Shown in pieces: positions 14,488-28,965 of a stretch of DNA of 64,000 nucleotides (within the stretch, counting starts at the first letter, position 1; each line of letters begins with the position of its first letter). A model generated the notes under the pieces. That model saw only the letters and a program-made list of their open reading frames with translations. It was not told the DNA's origin and ran no database searches. Made by a program: the position numbers and the translations under genes. The DNA is from the human T2T-CHM13v2.0 reference genome, Homo sapiens: assembly GCF_009914755.1 (NCBI RefSeq), contig NC_060930.1; one strand, 5' to 3'.

Positions 14488-15120
14488 AATAGTTCTAAAA
14501 CCCAGTTGCTTAATAGAATTATGTGCTTTAAAGAAATAGTAATGCCCAGTGCTTTTCCCCACCCCAAGACTCAGATTCAATTAGTCTGGACTGAGACCTG
14601 GGAATCAATATTTTAAAAAACAAATCAAAACCAAAAAAACAAGAATAAAAAATACTCCAGGTGACTGCAACTGCTTTAAGGCATTGGTTCATATGTGTTC
14701 TTTTCTTCTTACCCAATACAACTATGAAAATTGAGACACTGGCCTGAGGACACATGAGATGCTACAGAAGCTAGGAAAGGGTTTATATCAGAGTTGCTTA
14801 GACCATTGGTTCTCAAAGTATGGTATCTGGGAACTTGTTAGACATACAAATTACTGGGCCTGACAGAAGAACTTTGGGGGTGAGGTTCTACAAGCCATAT
14901 CTTAACAAGCCCTCCAGGGGGTTCTAATGCCCACTGAAGTTTGAGAACCATTGTGTAAGAGTCTTTTTACCCAGAGTATGTTTCAGTCTCAGCATCATTG
15001 AGAAGTCTGTTCGAAATCCAGAAAGTCAGCCCTACTTCAGACTCACCAAATGAGAATCAACATTTTATCAGGAACATGTATTATTTTTTATGCATAATAA
15101 AGTTTGAGATGCATTATGTT
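14488..15120. mobile_element. Cluster of three MER5-type hAT MITEs (central copy 14804-14953)
   Basis: Central copy has TIRs CATTGGTTCTCAAA / TTTGAGAACCATTG. Flanking degenerate MER5-like copies lie at ~14488-14690 and ~14960-15120. Confidence 0.7.
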
Positions 15121-15174
15121 AGAGGGAGAAGTATGTGTATTTTTTTTTAATTTCACTGATCCCTTTTAAGATGT

Positions 15175-15615
15175 ATTAATTAAGACAATGCTAATTGTTA
15201 TGAAAGATGAGTTCAGTAATCTTTGGCTTAACACAAGACAAGTATATTTTTTGTTCAACGTGAAAGTCCAGTTGGTGGTAGAAGTTGTGTGTTCTGCACA
15301 GTCATGGCTTGGGGATGACAGAAACTGCTACTTGCAACAATGGCTTCCCAAAGAAAGTCATCCTGAAAATCAGCATCCAGTAGCAAAAGGGAGAAGAGAG
15401 AGTGGAGAATCCTTTGGGCAGTTTTCTTGATCCTGGCCTAGTAGTAGTGAATCGCCCACATTCCATTGCTCAGAACTCAGCCAAACAACTCCACCTAGAT
15501 GCAAGGGATGACTGGAAAAGATAATCCCAGGATGGGCAGTGCAATCCAGCAACAACTCTACCTCCCACAATGGAAGCATGAACTTCTAGCAACTAGTAAT
15601 CGAGCTTTGCCACAG
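15175..15615 (-). mobile_element. Degenerate MLT1 (J/K-like) LTR
   Basis: GGCTTAACACAAGAC and CCCACATTCCATTGCTCAGAACTCAG...CACCTAGATGCAAGGG motifs. Confidence 0.6.
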
Positions 15616-16092
15616 TAGGGAGATTTAGGAAGAGAGAGGTAGGACTTACTCCACTTCCCCAGAATCACCCTGGAGAGTCTTCAAGGCAAAGTCCTGTACC
15701 TTACAATTAGTTCTTTGTATTTTTGTATGAATTGCAGATACACTCTTATGGTTTTTAAGTCTTCTCAGGTATCAGCTTCAGAAGGTAGTCATTGTAGAGA
15801 TTCATATACAATGAAAGTATATAGGTAGAGAACAATTAGAGTAGATGAAAACTCAAAGAAAAGAGGAGGCCCGAGTGGCCAACTGATATTAATTGAAATT
15901 AGTGTTTACAAGGCACATTCACATTTGTTATATTTTAGATGTAGCAACCTTATTAACTAGTTGTTATTGTCTAAAATTTTCGTAAAAGGAAAACAGGTCC
16001 CAGAGAGGTAAAAAACTTTCCTGAGGTCACAAAGCTGGTAGATCCAAGGCTTTCATATTCAAAGGCATCTTTATTGTAAAATGTGACAGAGT

Positions 16093-16570
16093 TGTGACAG
16101 ACAGGCTTTGAGGGGTCCTCCATCATCCCTTCCTTCTTGTTGTTCATGCCCTTGTATAAACTTCACTTGAGGAGTCTGTGGGCAGGACTCATGATGTACT
16201 TCTAATCTACAGGATATGACAAATGGGATGAAATGTCACTCCCATGACTATGTTGTCTTACTAGCAGATGACTCTTTCTTGGTAGCAGATTTGCTGAAGA
16301 ATCCGTCTCTCCTCATTGCTGGCTTTGAAGAAGCAAGATAACAAATTAATTAATCTCAAAATGTAAGAAAATGGATTCTGGCAGCATGCTGAGGAAGCTT
16401 GAAAGTGAATTCTTCTCCAGTCAAACCTCTGATGAGAACTCAGCCCCAGCTAACACTCTGATTGCAGCCTTGTAAGCCTAAAGAAAGGATATAGCAAAGC
16501 TATGCCCAGACTCCTAAACCACAGAAACTGTAAAATAATATATGTGGTTTTTTAAGCTGATACATTTGTG
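16093..16570 (+). mobile_element. MLT1 (E-like) LTR
   Basis: Typical motifs GCTGGCTTTGAAGAAGCAAG, CTCCAGTCAAACCTCTGATGAGAAC, CCAGACTCCTAAACCACAGAAACTGT, TTTTAAGC. Confidence 0.75.
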
Positions 16571-17776
16571 ATCTTCAAGTTTCAAAGGCTTTGGGCTGTA
16601 TTTTTATGTACTTTTAGTCACACATGGTTTTTGTACAGCCCAGTTAGCTCTGATCTGACAATTACTTCATCATTGATCTTCCATAGGTACAATTGCATTT
16701 TCAGCATCCAATTATTCATAAAAAATACAAAATGATAGCTACTGGATTTTCCAGTTGCCAAATCTTTATTAACCCAGCCATATAATATTTCATATTAATA
16801 GGGGCAAAGGATGATTTGATATATTTTATTGTAATTTCTTGACTCAAATTTTTAAAAAACACACGGAAAAGACTGATAGTATCTTTTTTCCTAACTCCTT
16901 GATGCTATTGTCATTTTCTTTGACCTCTTTTTATCAGAAGTTTTCTCCCACTTATAGCAGCTAATGTAACAGCTGCATGTTTGTGCTTATAAAATTTCAT
17001 AAAATATTAGGAACCATTGCTTGTATGCTTTGTTTTTATTTTAAAGCTCTCATAGGATCCTATTTTGCTGAATAATTGAAGTATAAGGGCTTCAATCACA
17101 TCTTCTACTTTTCCTACGTAATGAGTCCCACTCTACCTATTCACATTGCAGGCTATGAAGAAACCATGAAGAAGGGCTAGACCATGAAGGACAGGAGGAG
17201 GGAAAGTAGGCAAGGGGTGTTTTGGGCTCCAGCTGGGATCAGAGAAAAAGAGACACAACATTGAGTCTAAGCTCTCTCCCTCTAGCCCACTCTGGATATT
17301 TTGTTACAACCAGAAGGATAAGAAGAAGGATGAACAAAATAAATTATGCTCTTTTAAGATAGAAGTCAGATTCCTCTATTTTCTACCACCAATCAGCTCT
17401 AAGCAAAACCCAGTGCTGATGCTGTATGTATTTCAAATAATCTACATTTAGACTTTTTTTTTTTAAAAAAAGCCTGATTTTAAAAAGTATGTGTTAAATG
17501 TTTTCATTCTAGGATTCCGTTAAAGGGTATCTATAGATGCATACCCACAGGTAAATTTGCCTTTTGCATATAAAACTAAAAAGTGTATCCTATTCTGTTT
17601 TAGGTACTGTAAATTTAATTAAAGGGATACTATCTAAGCCAATTACAACACTATAATTAAGACCAGGGGTCTTATCTTGGACGTATTCATTCATTCATTC
17701 ATTCATAGTTTCATTAATCCAACTATTATTTACTGAACAACTACTATGTTCTACCTGCTGCCAACATGGCTTAGAC

Positions 17777-17969
17777 CAGAGCTTGGAAATCTACAGTTCA
17801 AAAGTCAAATCCTGTCCACTGCCTGCTTTTGTAAATAAAGTTTTAGTGGAACATAATCATAACCAGTTGTTTACATACTGTCTGTGGCTGTTTTTACACC
17901 AGAGACCATGTGGGCTGCAAAGATGAAAGTAGTTACTATCTGGCTATTACAGAAAGTTTATGATCCCTG
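17777..17969. mobile_element. MER58A hAT MITE
   Basis: CTGCCTGCTTTTGTAAATAAAGTTTTAGTGGAACA...TTTACATACTGTCTGTGGCTG...ACTATCTGGC. Confidence 0.8.
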
Positions 17970-20900
17970 GCTTACAGGATAAGAGATATTGTGCCTGAGT
18001 TAGTTATCTGATTTGAATAATGAGGACATAAGTGTTTACCTGGTGAGACTTATATTGTTCGGTGTACATAAAAGTGATATTTTAAAATATGAAGTAACAA
18101 GAACTATCACTCATTGACAACTCGTCAATGAGTCAGGTGTTTTGCTAAGCTGTTTATACCAATGAACTCATTGATTTCTTACACCTACAAGGGAGCTACT
18201 CTCATTGGTTCCCTGTGACAAATAAGGAAATGGAAAAATCCAGTTTAATTAACATGGTTAGAGTGTCACTGCCAGAAACAGCAAAGCTTGTCCCCCCGGC
18301 TAAGGAAGATACATTCTCAGTTCCCTTATCTGCCTATCAAGACTGAGTATCTTTCTGGGCAGGGTTGGAGGAGAGACTGAATGAGAAAGCCAGCCTAAAG
18401 GCCTGGCTCAGCACAGAGTTGTGACATTATAATACTAGATTGTTTCTGAATAATCATCCTTAAAGATTATTTCACCAGAGCTGCCCAACAAATATATTTG
18501 GGCAATTATCCATTTTGAGTATATTTATTCTTTATGAGCACTTATGTCCAATGACATAAATGTGGTCTTAGAAATTACATGTAAATTGTATGCGCTCATG
18601 TACTATTTCTGTCCTGTCTGAATGTCTTGAATTCAGTTACTTAACTCAACCTGTCCTATGTGTCTAATGAAGTATTAAAGGCTATACTCTTTCTGTAGAA
18701 CACTCAATATTAAATGATCCATTTTACATGTTATGCAAATCTTACAGTGGCATATGCTGTGAAACATATTTGGGAGTGAGGGAGGGAGTGGGTAGGTAGG
18801 TAACCACCCTAAACGATGAATCACTCTCTGTTTAAATGCTGTTCCATTAATTCAAGTGACATTTTGATAATAGCATGCTGTCAGTCCAATGGTCTGACCT
18901 ATACAACAACCTCTAATTATTACTAATTAAATAATTAATTATTCATAGAAGTGCATGCCATTAGCATAGCAGAGATGTGTTGGAATATGAGTTATATGAG
19001 GTTTATGAATCTTCAGAAAATAGATTCTTTAATAAATTAATAAAGGGGCTCTGGGGTTTCATTAAAAGGTGGCTGGAGGGTGTGCTTGCCTGTTTCCAAG
19101 GAGACCACAGGTGGTTCGTTGCTTTTTTTTTAAGTTAAACTTGTTTGGGCTAGATGATTTTTTTTTTCCACCCTTTTCTCACTGCTCTGTCCTCAGGCAG
19201 AGAACGGAACATTTTAATGAAACCCCTGTTGTCTTCATATCACTTTGATCCCCCTGTGTTCTCTCCAGTCTACACATTGGCCAGTCGGATGAAGGGTTTC
19301 AGATTTTCCCCCCAGTATTAAAAACTGTGGCATGCCCTCCATGAATAAACAACATTGCAGTGGAGACCCAGTGAAAGAGAAAGGCAGAGCAAACAAAGGG
19401 ATGAAGGAAAATGCATAAATTCAAATGACACCGGCCTCATTTACCCACTTAATTACCCTGACTCCTGACTCTGTTAGCCACTGCGATTATTTTTCCAGTT
19501 AAGTCTGATTTAAAGAACTGAAAGAAAAATAGGCTCATCCATTTTTTTCTCCCTCAACAATCTCTTTGCCACATGGAGTTCCACTTTTTCGTTATCTCAC
19601 CATAATAATGATCATGGTAATATTAATATCTTCCAGCGCTGCTCACTAAATAGTGATAAAAATAGTAATATTAATGTTTTCCAACATCCATTTTTGATGC
19701 TCTGAGGCACATTATAAATTCTGTCTTTGTTTAAGCAGTGGGGAACCCACAAAATATCATTACAGTTATCATTAGAACTCAAGGGCACTCTCCAGAAACT
19801 GAAACCTAAGTGGGGCTATGTCAGCAAGCATTCCAGGGCCATGGATGAAACAAAAAAAATGGAAAAATTAATTTTTTAATACTGTTTCAACATTTGACCT
19901 ATTTTGGAAAAGACACCTTTTTTTTTTTTTTTTTTTTTTGATCTGCTGGTTATTCTCACAAATGGCGAAGCAGCTTGTTTGTTTTTCTGAACTTAGCCAC
20001 AATCAGCCCTTCAAAGTCAGTAGGGTCCATCCATTTTTCTCCCACTATCTTTCACCTTCTACAAACAGGAGGGGAAATGGATCTGCAGCAACAGCAATGA
20101 TGTGCTTCCTATGCTTCCAGAGCCATGCGACTCTTTACTTAGGTAGTATTATATCCAGGTGAGGGATGAAAGAAAGAAAAGGAAACCTTCCCATGACTGA
20201 GCTGTGGAAGGCCAAAGTGGAAATGCTGAGTACATTTTCATTACTAACGGAGCCTGTTAAATGGAAACAAAGCTTTCCCTGGAAACCTGTAAAAGAAAAT
20301 ACCCTCTAGTGTTAGGCTTAATTTTCTGACATTTCCTTTTACCTTCACCCGCTCCATATGAAGAACCAGCTGCAAGCTTTGGCATACCCCAACCACTCTG
20401 CTATGGCTGTCAGTCACTGGGAGACTGGAGATACCTTTGCACAGTTGGGGCATGGAGTTAGCAGATCCTGGCCTTAGTTCAACACTGTGTGGCTTTCTCC
20501 ATTTTTTTCCAGCTCCCTGGCTTTGGCAGGTCTTTTTTTGTTGCTTTTGTTTTTATTTCTCTCTTTTAAATTCTCTTCCTTCTCTTCCCAGCTCCTCAGA
20601 TACACCTTCATCTGCTCCCATGTCTCCTCCACTCCATCGCTATGTGTCTACTTGGTTATTTTCTTGAAGCTGTCTGCTAAGTGGGCAGTTATTTTCATTT
20701 TATTTTTAATTTGGCAAAAAAAAACATAGGTGGCACAGTTTATAAGTATCTGGACTGGAACATACAATCAAGAGAGGTAAAATAATATCAAGCCATTATA
20801 GTTAATTGCTAACACAAACTGATGTTTACTAATACTTATAGGAATAAGAGTCATTGTAGGAAAATATTATTAACCCCATTGGCATCCAGGGCTCCACCCT

Positions 20901-22669
20901 CCTTTCTAAAAAATGAACTCAGGGAAGATTAAAGCCTTAATTAAACACATACTTTATTTCTGTATTGGCATTAAGTTTTCACAAACGACAGCCATTTAAT
21001 GTAAAACTGACATTCTGGCATCAATCACATGCCCAGAAGAGTCAGATAATCACCAACAGTTTATAATAACACCACACCAGAATAATTAATAAAGTATGAA
21101 GTTCAATGAAAAGAAGTGTGTGCTCCCCAATAACACAATGAGAAGATATTCAATTCCATGCGTTAATATAAAGGTTTGAGGCTCTGAAAATTAGTGAAAG
21201 AAATTAAGTATTTGGAGGCTTGTGACAACTTTGCCCATCCTATCCATTTCGGTTTCTATTTTTTTCTTCACTTTTTTTTTTTCTCTGGCTTCACTAGATG
21301 AGATTTACTTCTCAAATTTGCTGGCTTTCAAAAGTATACCAATCCTCTAGTAAATTCAAACCATGTTAATATCAAGAGAGAAATATTCTGTTACAATATA
21401 ATGATTATTTACATTCTTAAAGATATATAATTGCCTATTAGCTCCAACTTTGTATAAAGAAAGAGCTAGGTGATCTCTTGAAGTTTTTCCCAGACTTCTG
21501 AGTCCATCATTAACTTATCAGCCTTATGGCAATGTCTGTGCAAGCCCAGTGAATTATTGTTCTCTGTAAAATCAAAGCAAGAGGTTAGTAAAGTTAGCTA
21601 TTTCATGCTGAGGTTTGAAAACTTAAAGTGAGCTTTTAGAGACACTGTCTTTACTTATCTAAGCCAGTGATTAATATTAATGAGGAGTATCATGATAAAT
21701 CTTTCCATGCAAGCATCCATCCATCACTCACCCATGAAAACTTGACCAAGTGCTATGAGAAAATCAGCATTCTGAATCCTATTTGCAGACTTAGAAAACA
21801 AAAATGAAAACTTAAAAATGAAAACTTGGTGTTGTTCAGAATTATTGTTTGGAAGCATGTTTTAAACCCATGAAAGATCTTAAGATTGGCCTCCAAATTT
21901 GTTGCTACTCTGTTCTTTAAAGCCCATTCGTCTTGCTACTCTCAAAGCTGAATATTCTGTATCTATTGTCTTCTGACCCCCATGGAGCCATAATCAGGGG
22001 GTCCATTCCATGGGAGTAGAGCTGCACTCTTACTCTTATTTTCCCTTCTACATGGGCTTGAATAGTACTGAGTCTTCTACCTACCTCAGCTTCTTCCCCT
22101 ACTCTTTCCCACTTTCTTTTTTCTCCTTCCTACAGACACACATGACCATTGCTCAGCTACAGTGAGACAATCTGGAGAGAAGTCTGTGTTTTATTTTAAT
22201 TCTATAATGTCCCCCCATTCAACATGTTGCTGAATATATCATAATAAATATTTTTGATGAATAAGGTTGAATCAAGCCTATTAAACAATGTGGCACTGAC
22301 TGGCTCTTAACTACTCTTTTAATAAATCTTTTTAATAATAATTTATATTTATACACTCATTAACCTCTATGGTGCTATTATCTGATAAGTGATAATGTAC
22401 TACCTTTCTCAGAGACATTTGCCTTGTTAGAAAATATTATCTTTATGAAAAGTAATTATATAATAGTGATGCTTCATACACATTAGGGGAAATAATTTTT
22501 GATGAGGAACTTCCAATGTCTCTCAAATTTTGTTGCCATATATTGGTCTTGTTCTGGTTCTTTCATTAGTTGCATTTAGTATTTTTCAGCTACTTGTATG
22601 GTCAAATCATCATTATTCTGAGTGAGTAGAAAATCTTTGGACTGGATCTCAAAACAGGATTTTTCTTGT

Positions 22670-23505
<836 letters not shown>

Positions 23506-23580
23506 ACTCATTATACCATAAAATATTTCAGAAAAAGGATATTGTCAAAAAGAGAGTTAGAAGATCAGAAGCATGGATAC

Positions 23581-24060
23581 TGTATTATTAGGATTGAGAA
23601 AAAAGCAGGTGTCACACACAGGCTGAATAATCAAGGATGATTCAATAAAGACAATTTATAAAGGTAAGGGGAAGGGTAGAGAAACCACAGGGATGGGGCA
23701 GCACCACAGGGCTAGTGACAGCACCAGAGCCATTACTAACCCTTAACTGAATGGGCACTTGGAACAAGCAGTTACCAGAACCTGGTTAGATATCTGTATA
23801 GAGAGGGCTGCCTGACAAACGTGATGGCTTTTTGGTATATGGGAGTTGTCAAACGGGAATGACTGTGCAGGGAGATAATTTGGGAAATAAATGGACAAAG
23901 ACTACTTTCCTCCATCCTCCTTCAAGCTTTTGCCAGTGCCATATCAATTATCCTCCACCCCATTGGCTGCTTCCAACCAGCAGAGGACAGCAAGGGAGCC
24001 CATCGACATAGTCCTTAAGTGCAAGACAGGATGAATGAGAGTGGGAAATACATCTCGATT
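23581..24060. mobile_element. Probable old ERVL-class LTR fragment
   Basis: TG start and LTR-like composition with CCCATTGGC...CCAACCAG. Subfamily not resolved. Confidence 0.4.
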
Positions 24061-25699
24061 GACAAACATAAGATGTTTTGTGCAAATGGCAAACAGAGCA
24101 TCATGTTGGAGGAGGTAGGCACAACTTGAAGAAGATGAGACTATCCAGAGGCAAACAAATATTTATAAACAAATGGGCCAAAAAAAAGCTCTATAGGGAC
24201 TTATTCTGACACCAATGACCATACTAAAAGCCTATATGCCCCAGATTCAGAGAGAAGGGACGGGACCTTAAGGACATAAAATCATGCCAGACAGTAATGG
24301 AGCTAGGCGAATACTCCTCAGTTGAAATCTGCATAGAAGTAATGACAGTCATAGATGGGAAATCACTCTGCGTGAATACTTTACACATACTATTTCGCTG
24401 GCCAGGTATGATAATTTTCCTGGTTTCAACTAGATCCTGAGTTGAATAGGACAATGAGTGGGTATTAATATTTATTGAGCACGTCCTATGAATTGGACAC
24501 TTTGCATATATTATTTTAAAAAACACTTGTATAAACCCAGAGGCACGTGTTACTATCTTCATTTCACTGATGAAGAAATGGAAACTGAGTGACATTCAGT
24601 CATCTACTTGTACATTCACTCATTCAAGAATTGTTTATTGAGTGCCTACTGAGTGCCACTTAGTACATGAAGTATTTAGATACAAAGTTAAATAAGGCAT
24701 AGTCTCTGTTTCTGTTCTCTCTTAAGCAGAAATATACATTTTAACAGATAATTTCTATAAAATGTGGAGCATAAGGAAGAAATATGTTCTTGAAAGCCCA
24801 CCTGAATTCTTCCTTTAACCTGAGCTCATGCTTTTACCATATAAAGTATCAGTTCCCTGTCTTTGCATGTGGGTCTCCTGGGTGTATCCACCACTGGCAG
24901 AGAAAGAGTTTTCCATGATTTTGTGTTAACCAGGAGAGCTGTAGGCAACTGAGAGTCAGAGTCCATTCAGATAGCAAGATACGTGACAGAAGGTTGACTG
25001 TATTTCCTTTTTGTTTATTTTTATCCTCTCTCTGAGTAAAGGGAAAAGAAAAGAAGGCCCAATAATATTCAATGGTTGTTCACCAGGGTCTAATTTTGAA
25101 GAATGTATTGAATGGAAAGAAACTTAAATTTGGTGTATCCATCCTCTTCCATCCCATTGATGTGAATATTTCAAATGGTTCATACACTACACACTCTTTC
25201 AACACACACACAGACACATACCCATACACATAAACTCCTACAACAGCTGAGTCTGGGTCCAGGCTTCTAATCCTTCTCAGTCCAATGTCCCAGGTAGCCA
25301 CTTCCAACGGGTCAAAGTAGTCCTTGAAATGTGTTAAGACCAATGAAGAGTAGTGAAACACTTGAGACTATGTATGTCAGTGGTAGGCTGTTAAAGTGGT
25401 CATGATATGCTATAAGGATACAATTTTAGGCTCTCAGGAAGCTATCAAAGAACTTATTGCTACTTCTTACTGTATCTCTGCCCAGTGAGCTCTTAGTTAC
25501 CTCTTTGATTGCTTTGCAGCATATATGTAGGTGATTTCCTAAAGGTTTGACATCTTCTAAACATTTGGCCATTCCAGGTTAATGGTTAATCTGGCTTCAG
25601 TAGCTCTTAATAATGTGTCTTTGTCCTCAGGGTCCTTGCTATGATTACCTTTAGGCAAGGTTATCCTTGAGAATCCAGGCAAATGGGGGCTAGAAATAT

Positions 25700-26260
25700 A
25701 TCTTACAAGTCCTTCCTGTAGATTTAGAAAGCAAAATCTCCAACTTAGTTAAGGCTAAAAGCCAACACAAAGGAATGGATCTTGGCCTGAATGTATCTTA
25801 CAGCCTTAAATAGGCTACAACTAGACTCAGTCAAAGACTTCATCAGCCTTGGAGATCTGCTAAGAAATCCCATTTTCCAACTTTACCAGATGAAGCTTGG
25901 GAGGACAATTTAATGCCAACCTTGAGGCTGACTACATGGAAGAGAATTACTGGTCTACTAGATGGCCTGATATCTGAATCATACTTAGTTATCAATCCTC
26001 AGTTTCTTGTACACGATTATACAGTGATATCTCACATGCCAAGATACGGAGGTGGAGGAGTCACATGGTGTCTGTCACCTGAGAGAATTTGTAAGGAGAC
26101 TGGGAGTGAGTCTGTATAAGCTGGAGCTCCCAAGAGCGCTTCTTGGCCTTTTCCACTTCCAGTGTATTTGGATAAATGTATATGGGTATTTCTGACATTA
26201 CCCTTAGCTGGATATAGGAAATTGAGTTATATGCAAATATGAAATGCAAATGAGAGTCAC
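25700..26260 (-). mobile_element. Possible ancient Gypsy-class LTR retrotransposon internal relic (gag zinc knuckle and protease)
   Basis: Minus-strand conceptual peptides CDSSTSVSWHVRYHC (26065-26021) and KAVRYIQAKIHSFVL (25807-25763), in gag-then-protease order. Both are degenerate. Confidence 0.3.
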
Positions 26261-26589
26261 AGGTCTGTGCCTCTGCCACAGACCTAGAAATGAGAAAGGA
26301 AAAGGATATAAGCAAACTGGCTATAATGTTCTAGTTTCCACCAAAGCTTTGGTCATGTTAGTGTAGATGAATCAGTGAATAAGTATCAGTTACCTCATTC
26401 ATATACCTCCTGCCTTTCTTTCTTAAGTATTCCTAGACTTGTTGAGTCTCACTTGAAATATACCTTAAGAATACAATTTGAATGCTAAAAGTTATAAACC
26501 CATAACTTCCCATTTGAGGAGAGATATCAGACTAAACAAACATCACAGCAAGTCCTCTGTGGTCACTTTATCTTCATGAAGCATCCCCT

Positions 26590-27140
26590 TATTATAAAAA
26601 TATATGTTATAAATGTGTCTTTTCTATTATCTAATAGATAACACATAAATATATACAAACATGTAACATGACAGTACATACCATATAACATATAGATGTA
26701 TAAGATACATGTGTTTTTAAAATCTATGTGACATATCACATATCTATGCAGCACATGTATACATGTACACATATGTGATGCAAATATATGCACACATGCA
26801 AAATGTTTATAGCATATGTTGCATGTAGCATATATGCATGCAATACGTATATATGTATTATAAGTCATGTGTGCACAGTATGCACATATATAAATATACA
26901 TTGCACATTTATGTGAGTTGGTAAGTATATAACATATATCACATAAATAATATTGATAGCATACAAAATATATATCTATATAACATATGTACCTAAACCA
27001 TAAGATATATATGTGCATATCTCTATATAACAGAAGACATAATCTTCATAACTATTTATAACTTCAGAACACATACATAAAACACACACAAATAACAATT
27101 TAAAAAATATGTGTACATGTATAATATATTATAAATATGC
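26590..27140. repeat. AT-rich alternating purine/pyrimidine low-complexity tract (TA/CA/TG)
   Basis: Direct reading. Source of the Y/I/C/H-rich spurious ORF 26563..27018. Confidence 0.8.
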
Positions 27141-27587
27141 TCTCCTTTCTCTTCCAAATTGAAATTCATAAATATAAAATGATTTCACATGCAATTTAAA
27201 TATTTAATAAAATGCCCTTTAATAAAGAAGAAATAGAAAGCAATTATAATAACATAATATGCATTCCAATTTGGAAAATCTTAGGCATGACTACACTAGA
27301 AGTCATGGTGATTAATTAGATTTTTTTCTTTACCCACTTACAATGACTATCTTTGGATTAAGAGTTATAAAAAGGTCGTAAGTCATTGCAGTCAAGCCAA
27401 AGAGGAAAATTAAAGAACTGAGGTATAAGCAAATACTAGACTAAAAACTAGCATTAGGTTACATAATAACAGGCCAAATTTATTTGCATAATATGAGAGC
27501 AAGAGAGAAGTAATCCTAACTGAAGTAGGGATATAATGCTAATCACCCCATATATTTGCATACATGAATGGACTGTGATATACAAAA

Positions 27588-27773
27588 CAGTCATGAGTGA
27601 TGTAGGACAATTCTTTATTGTGTCAGACTGCTCAAACACTGCAGGACATTAGCATCCCCGGATCTCACCCACTAAATTCCAACAGCACATCCAACTATTG
27701 GGACAACCAAAATTGTCCCTGTAAATTTCCAAAGCACACTCAGGGACTAGACCTCTCTCCTTGAGAGCCACTG
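27588..27773. mobile_element. MER20-like hAT element
   Basis: CACTGCAGGACATTAGCATCCCC...GACAACCAAAA...TTGAGAGCCACTG terminus. Confidence 0.65.
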
Positions 27774-28729
27774 TTATGGGAAATGAACTAAATATTGCTT
27801 TTATCCAGATCTTCAACCTCCAATTAATGGATCTGAATGAACAACAGCATACAATTTAATTTGAGATTAATAATTCTATTCTGTTCATATTTAAAGCAAC
27901 TTTACAATGTTTCCATATACTGAGTATTCTTAGCTGTCATATCATACATGTAATAATGTAAATAGGTCTCAAACATTTGGTACATTTGGTCTACTCAGGA
28001 TAGTCTAAAACTCTAGGAGAGGTCAACATGTTAGTCTTGCCACCCATAAGACCACTTATGCAATGAGGATAATGCCACAGTGATATATATAGATGTCATA
28101 GTGAAAGCAGCCTTAATAATTAACATCCTTTTGTACTCAATCTCATTACTAATGTGGTTCACATATGGCCTAGTGAAACTCTGTACACAGGAAAATTGTA
28201 TTAAAATATATGAAGAGATAGCTTTCAAGGGAAAATGTCACCAAAGCATAATACATTTTCTCAGGGGTATCAAGAAGGAACAGTCTTTTAGCTTTGCTTG
28301 GTGATTTTGGGGGCAACAGAAAATGACAGTATGAGCATGATTCAAAGACCTTTTCTTAGGACTCATTTGCCCTCGCTCACAAGGTCATTGCCCAAACTAC
28401 CAAAACTTCCCAAATATAGGGTTTGAGATGACCACCCTGATTCCATGCATCCTTATAACACTCTCTAAACAACAAGGAGTAAATAGGGATTTCATTGCTG
28501 GCATTCCTGTATCCAACCTGGGTGATGAGCTACATTTAAATGCTTCAAAGTCACAGAGAAGATACAAGTGTGATTTGCATTTTGTTCTGAACAAAATCTT
28601 AAGTAGTCACATTTCATACATCAAAGAGAGTAAACTCACAGTAAGAACCATTGCATATGTTATCTACTCTTATGTGAAAATGTATGGGGAGGTGCTGGAC
28701 TTCTATTTGTCATTGATTAACAATAACAG

Positions 28730-28965
28730 CAAATATTTGTGGAGCATTTATAATGTGCCAAGTATTCTTTCAAGTGCTTCACTGATACTAAACCATTTAA
28801 TCCAGACAACAACTTTCTGTAGTATTTTCTATTTCTCCAAGTTACAGATGAGAATTTGGGGTCCAGAGAGATTGAGTAACTTGCCCATGGTTACATATTA
28901 GGAAATAATACACATGATTCAGATCCATATAGTCTTGTCGCACAGCCTTCTCTTTTAACAAATAC
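28730..28965 (-). mobile_element. MIR SINE
   Basis: TTACAGATGAGAA...CAGAGAGATTGAGTAACTTGCCCATGGTTAC. Confidence 0.75.

Noticed and set aside
21247-21256. ISRE-like TTTCGGTTTC (also TTTCCGTTTC at 178-187)
   Set aside because: Isolated short motifs are expected by chance in AT-rich DNA, and there is no promoter context.
26563-27018. 151-aa Y/I/C/H-rich ORF
   Set aside because: Low-complexity TA/CA/TG tract.
28428-28901. 157-aa ORF
   Set aside because: Runs into an antisense MIR and has no recognisable domain.
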